From Prevotella sp. (GTDB lineage: Bacteria; Bacteroidota; Bacteroidia; Bacteroidales; Dysgonomonadaceae): DNA of 64,000 nt. The position numbers were made by a program, and so were the translations under genes. Where the stretch lies: assembly GCA_031285625.1 (NCBI GenBank), contig JAITVV010000093.1, positions 125,232-189,231 on the forward strand, in the 5' to 3' direction. Positions within the stretch are counted from its first letter, which is position 1, and every line of letters starts with the position of its first letter. The notes under the pieces are model-generated. The model did not search any database. It was given only the letters and a program-made list of their open reading frames with translations, and had not been told where the DNA came from. Of this stretch, positions 61,271 to 64,000 are shown piece by piece.

Positions 61271-62533
61271 TTAGTTCTTTTTGACCAGAATTTTATCAAT
61301 ACGGGCTCCGTCCATATCCATAATTTCAATTGAGAGATTTTTCCATATCAATTGTTCTCCGGCCTTGGGTATATGGCCCAATTTATCCAGGATCAGACCA
61401 CTGATTGTATTATAGTCATATTTATTATATAAGTCACCCATTCTGAAATAGATAAGGAAATTATAGAAAGAGCACTGTCCGTCAACCAGACAACTGCCAT
61501 CTTGCCGTTGAATTATTTCAGGCTCTTCCAGTGGATCTAAAATTGTTCCTACCAGAGCTTCCAATATATCTTTCAACGTAACGACGCCTTTTACAGTACC
61601 AAATTCATCACATACAAGTGCATATGAGACATGATTTGATTTCATGTCTTCCAAGGCACTGTATACTTCCATATTCTCATAAAAGTATTGAACAGGTCGT
61701 GTTATTTGCTTTATATCGAAATCCGGATCTTCAATTTTGCCAAACATATCTTTAACATAAGCAACACCTTCTACATGATCCAAGTCCTTATTCCCAACCG
61801 GATATTTATCAAAAGGATTATTATGGATAAGTTTCACAATTTCTTCATTTGCCATATCAGTATCTATCCAGACAATATCACCTCTGTGTGTCATTATCGA
61901 TTCCAGATCCCTGTCTCCCAGATTGAATACACGTTCTACAATATCTTTTTCAACATCCTGCACTTCACCATCTTCGGCCCCTTCTTTTACCATCGATTTT
62001 ATTTCTTCCTCAGTTACCCTGCTATCAGATGTTTTTATGCCCAGAAGCCCAAACATCAACGAAGAACTTTTAGATAAAACCCATACAAACGGAGAAGCAA
62101 TAATAGATAAATAATGCATTGGTCTTGCAATAATCTTAGCCACTTTTTCAGCTGAACTCATACCAATACGTTTAGGCACCAGTTCACCAAAAACGATTGT
62201 AAAATAAGTGACAACAATAACAATTCCGACCTGTGCTACAGGATAAGCATAATTAGCCGGAAACCCGATATTTATCAATAATCCGGAAACATCACCGGCC
62301 AATACATCACCCGAGTAGAGCCCTGTAACTATTCCAATAAGGGTAATACCAACCTGAACTGTGGACAGAAAGCGATCTGGATTCCCCGCCAGATCTATAG
62401 CAGCCTGAGCTGATTTATTCCCACGTTTGGCTTCATTTTTCAGGCTTGACTTGCGTGCAGATATTACGGCTATTTCCGACATTGAAAAAACACCATTTAA
62501 AAGTATCAACGCAACAATAATTAGGATTTCCAT
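61271..62533 (-). CDS. HlyC/CorC (CNNM-CBS-CorC) hemolysin-family transporter
   Basis: NGVFSMSEIA, FLSTVQVGIT, GELVPK, DEFG...G.VT..DILE, TISG, DGARID. Confidence 0.93.
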   Translation of the reverse strand: MEILIIVALILLNGVFSMSEIAVISARKSSLKNEAKRGNKSAQAAIDLAGNPDRFLSTVQVGITLIGIVTGLYSGDVLAGDVSGLLINIGFPANYAYPVAQVGIVIVVTYFTIVFGELVPKRIGMSSAEKVAKIIARPMHYLSIIASPFVWVLSKSSSLMFGLLGIKTSDSRVTEEEIKSMVKEGAEDGEVQDVEKDIVERVFNLGDRDLESIMTHRGDIVWIDTDMANEEIVKLIHNNPFDKYPVGNKDLDHVEGVAYVKDMFGKIEDPDFDIKQITRPVQYFYENMEVYSALEDMKSNHVSYALVCDEFGTVKGVVTLKDILEALVGTILDPLEEPEIIQRQDGSCLVDGQCSFYNFLIYFRMGDLYNKYDYNTISGLILDKLGHIPKAGEQLIWKNLSIEIMDMDGARIDKILVKKN

Positions 62534-62634
62534 ATGTGTTATTAATATTCAGAGAACGAAGTTAAAGAATTCTGCAATGTATTTTATATTATTTAGTATT
62601 TATTAATGTCAATTGGTATAATAGGTATAAACGT

Positions 62635-62980
62635 TTCTTTCAACTTTTTCTTGATAAAAAGTTACAAAATCAAGTCTTCGTAATGCGATCTTTCCTCACT
62701 CTTGTCATTCTGACCGCAGGGAAGAATCTCGTCTCCTCTTTCCTTGATAAATGATTAATGCCAATCAACAGTTGGATTTATGGGTTCCATTTTTCTATAT
62801 ATGACAACATCCTACTTAAACTTTTTAACATTAGCTCATTCTAACGCGCCCTCCCGGGCTTGTTTTTACTTTTGCATTACCCAAAAGTAAACAAAACGCT
62901 AGTGCTTCGTTCTCCGGCGACCTGTCATCGGTTTGCCGGCTGAAAGGGATAAACGGGCTATCGCCCCATCCCTTTCTTCT
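62635..62980. repeat. Cluster of REP-like/structured repeat fragments
   Basis: AACTTTTT-CTTGAT-AAAAAGTT (62642-62663); half REP TGTCATTCTGACCGCAGGGAAGAATCTC (62703); TTTACTTTTG-CATTACC-CAAAAGTAAA; GCCC-TCCC-GGGC; GAAAGGGAT...ATCCCTTTC. Confidence 0.6.
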
Positions 62981-63046
62981 TGTTTAAAAAGTTCGTCTAT
63001 TTTTTGAATTTCAAAAGAATAATCGATGTTTGAATTTATTCCAATA

Positions 63047-63297
63047 TTACAGTTCATTTAGTTTGATTAATATTGAGTCGATTTGTTCTTGTTTGAATAG
63101 TGAGCGTCTGCCACATTTGTAACACTCTATGATTCCGTAGTTTACATATCTGTGCAGTGTAGCATAAGAGATATGTAGATAGGCACACACATCGGCTCTT
63201 TTGTTGGTTTCTTACTCGTTTTTTCTTTTTCATTCAACTCTTCTTTGATGATGTCTCGCAAGCCCGAGTTGAGTCTGTCGATTAAATCATTTTCGTT
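63047..63297 (-). pseudogene. Frameshifted, 5'-truncated HTH_17/excisionase-like gene
   Basis: NENDLIDRLNSGLRDIIKEELNEKEKTSKKPT, then in a shifted frame RADVCAYLHISYATLHRYVNYGIIECYKCGRRSLFKQEQIDSILIKLNEL*. Confidence 0.75.
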
Positions 63298-63870
63298 ACC
63301 TAGTATAAAAACCAAGTTGGTCTTTTGTCATTTTTATGTCTTTAGATGATGGATTCTCTTTGTCCAACGTTTCTAATAATTCCAGCCCCTTTATCCATGT
63401 ATCTAAAACAGAATCTTTATACCCCATATCAGAAGAGCGAAGATACTTACTTGTTGTAGAAAGTGATGTTACCAATAATTCTTTCATAAAGTTTACAAAA
63501 ACATCATCTTTCACTGATATATTCATTCCATAGTTACATAGTGTTTTAAAGATATAAGCTAATAGTTTTGGGTCGACATCTGTTTTTAGAAGAATCAGAT
63601 AATAATAAAGTGTATTCTTGTAGTAAAATCGACCAATTTAGAAAAACTATTTTGCACATCTTGGAAAATGTCGAATTTATCCTTTAACATTAGGCGAAGT
63701 CTATTATTGGCTTTCTTATCATTTTTCTTTATTTCTTTCTCTGCTAAGCCATATAATTCTTCAAAAACTTTTTCATCCGTAAAAAAGTCCAAGAAATCCT
63801 CTTTATGTCTATCATTTATGGGTTCGATATATGCCCAATCATCTAGCATAAATACTCTTGGAAAATCCAG
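63296..63870 (-). pseudogene. Frameshifted fragment of an unknown gene
   Basis: The 84-aa and 76-aa ORFs join through a 1-nt shift near 63625: ...SKLVDF / YKNTLYYYLILLKTDVDPKLLAYIFKTLCNYGMNISVK... Confidence 0.55.
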
Positions 63871-63887
63871 TGAGCGTTGCCCCCTCG

Positions 63888-64000
63888 TGCCAAATCTAAA
63901 TTGACCCCTGAAAAAACTTTATGATTACCCCTAAATTATCCTGGTCGACGGGGTCATTTTTATTTTAGATTTACTTGTTTTTGTCTACCTTCATTTTTCT
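63888..64000. mobile_element. Probable IS21-family terminal end running off the window
   Basis: Starts TG (TGCCAAATCTAAATTGACCCC); reiterated ATTACCCC and inverted GGGGTCATTTTTATTTTAGATTT, as in the multi-repeat IS21 ends. No transposase visible. Confidence 0.55.

Noticed and set aside
63296-63849. Two independent small genes (76 and 84 aa)
   Set aside because: Better explained as one frameshifted fragment, because the intervening DNA is open in the downstream frame.
1-64000. CRISPR array, tRNA or rRNA
   Set aside because: No regularly spaced repeats, cloverleaf or rRNA signatures seen; the repeats found are dispersed.

Overview
AT-rich chromosomal window from a Bacteroidota (Bacteroidales, Dysgonomonas-like) genome. 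Most transcription units carry the Bacteroidetes TAnnTTTG -7 box. Left part: GH13 lipoprotein with a LacI-type operator, DPP-IV, two unannotated small ORFs (one DUF3008-like), GNAT, 5-formyl-THF cyclo-ligase, S41 protease, dCMP deaminase, ppa, a metallophosphoesterase, and an Omp85 + EptA-like + PCMD operon. Next comes a coupled ABC/AAA ATPase + DUF4276-like TOPRIM pair (PARIS-like defence candidate). It is followed by a sigma54-type exporter operon: MFP, one ATPase, six permeases in three A/B pairs plus a relic of a seventh, TolC, and an NtrC-like two-component system. A ~21 kb Wzy-dependent polysaccharide locus contains a CapA-like + RimK-like ATP-grasp module, suggesting an amino-acid/peptide-decorated capsule. 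Right part: a His-less pseudo-histidine kinase, pgm, a TPR protein, a CPA2 antiporter, a HlyC/CorC transporter, and a decayed mobile-element edge (REP-like fragments, frameshifted excisionase, probable IS21 end). Two non-coding dispersed motif families recur in intergenic DNA. All calls come from motif reading only; no database searches were run.
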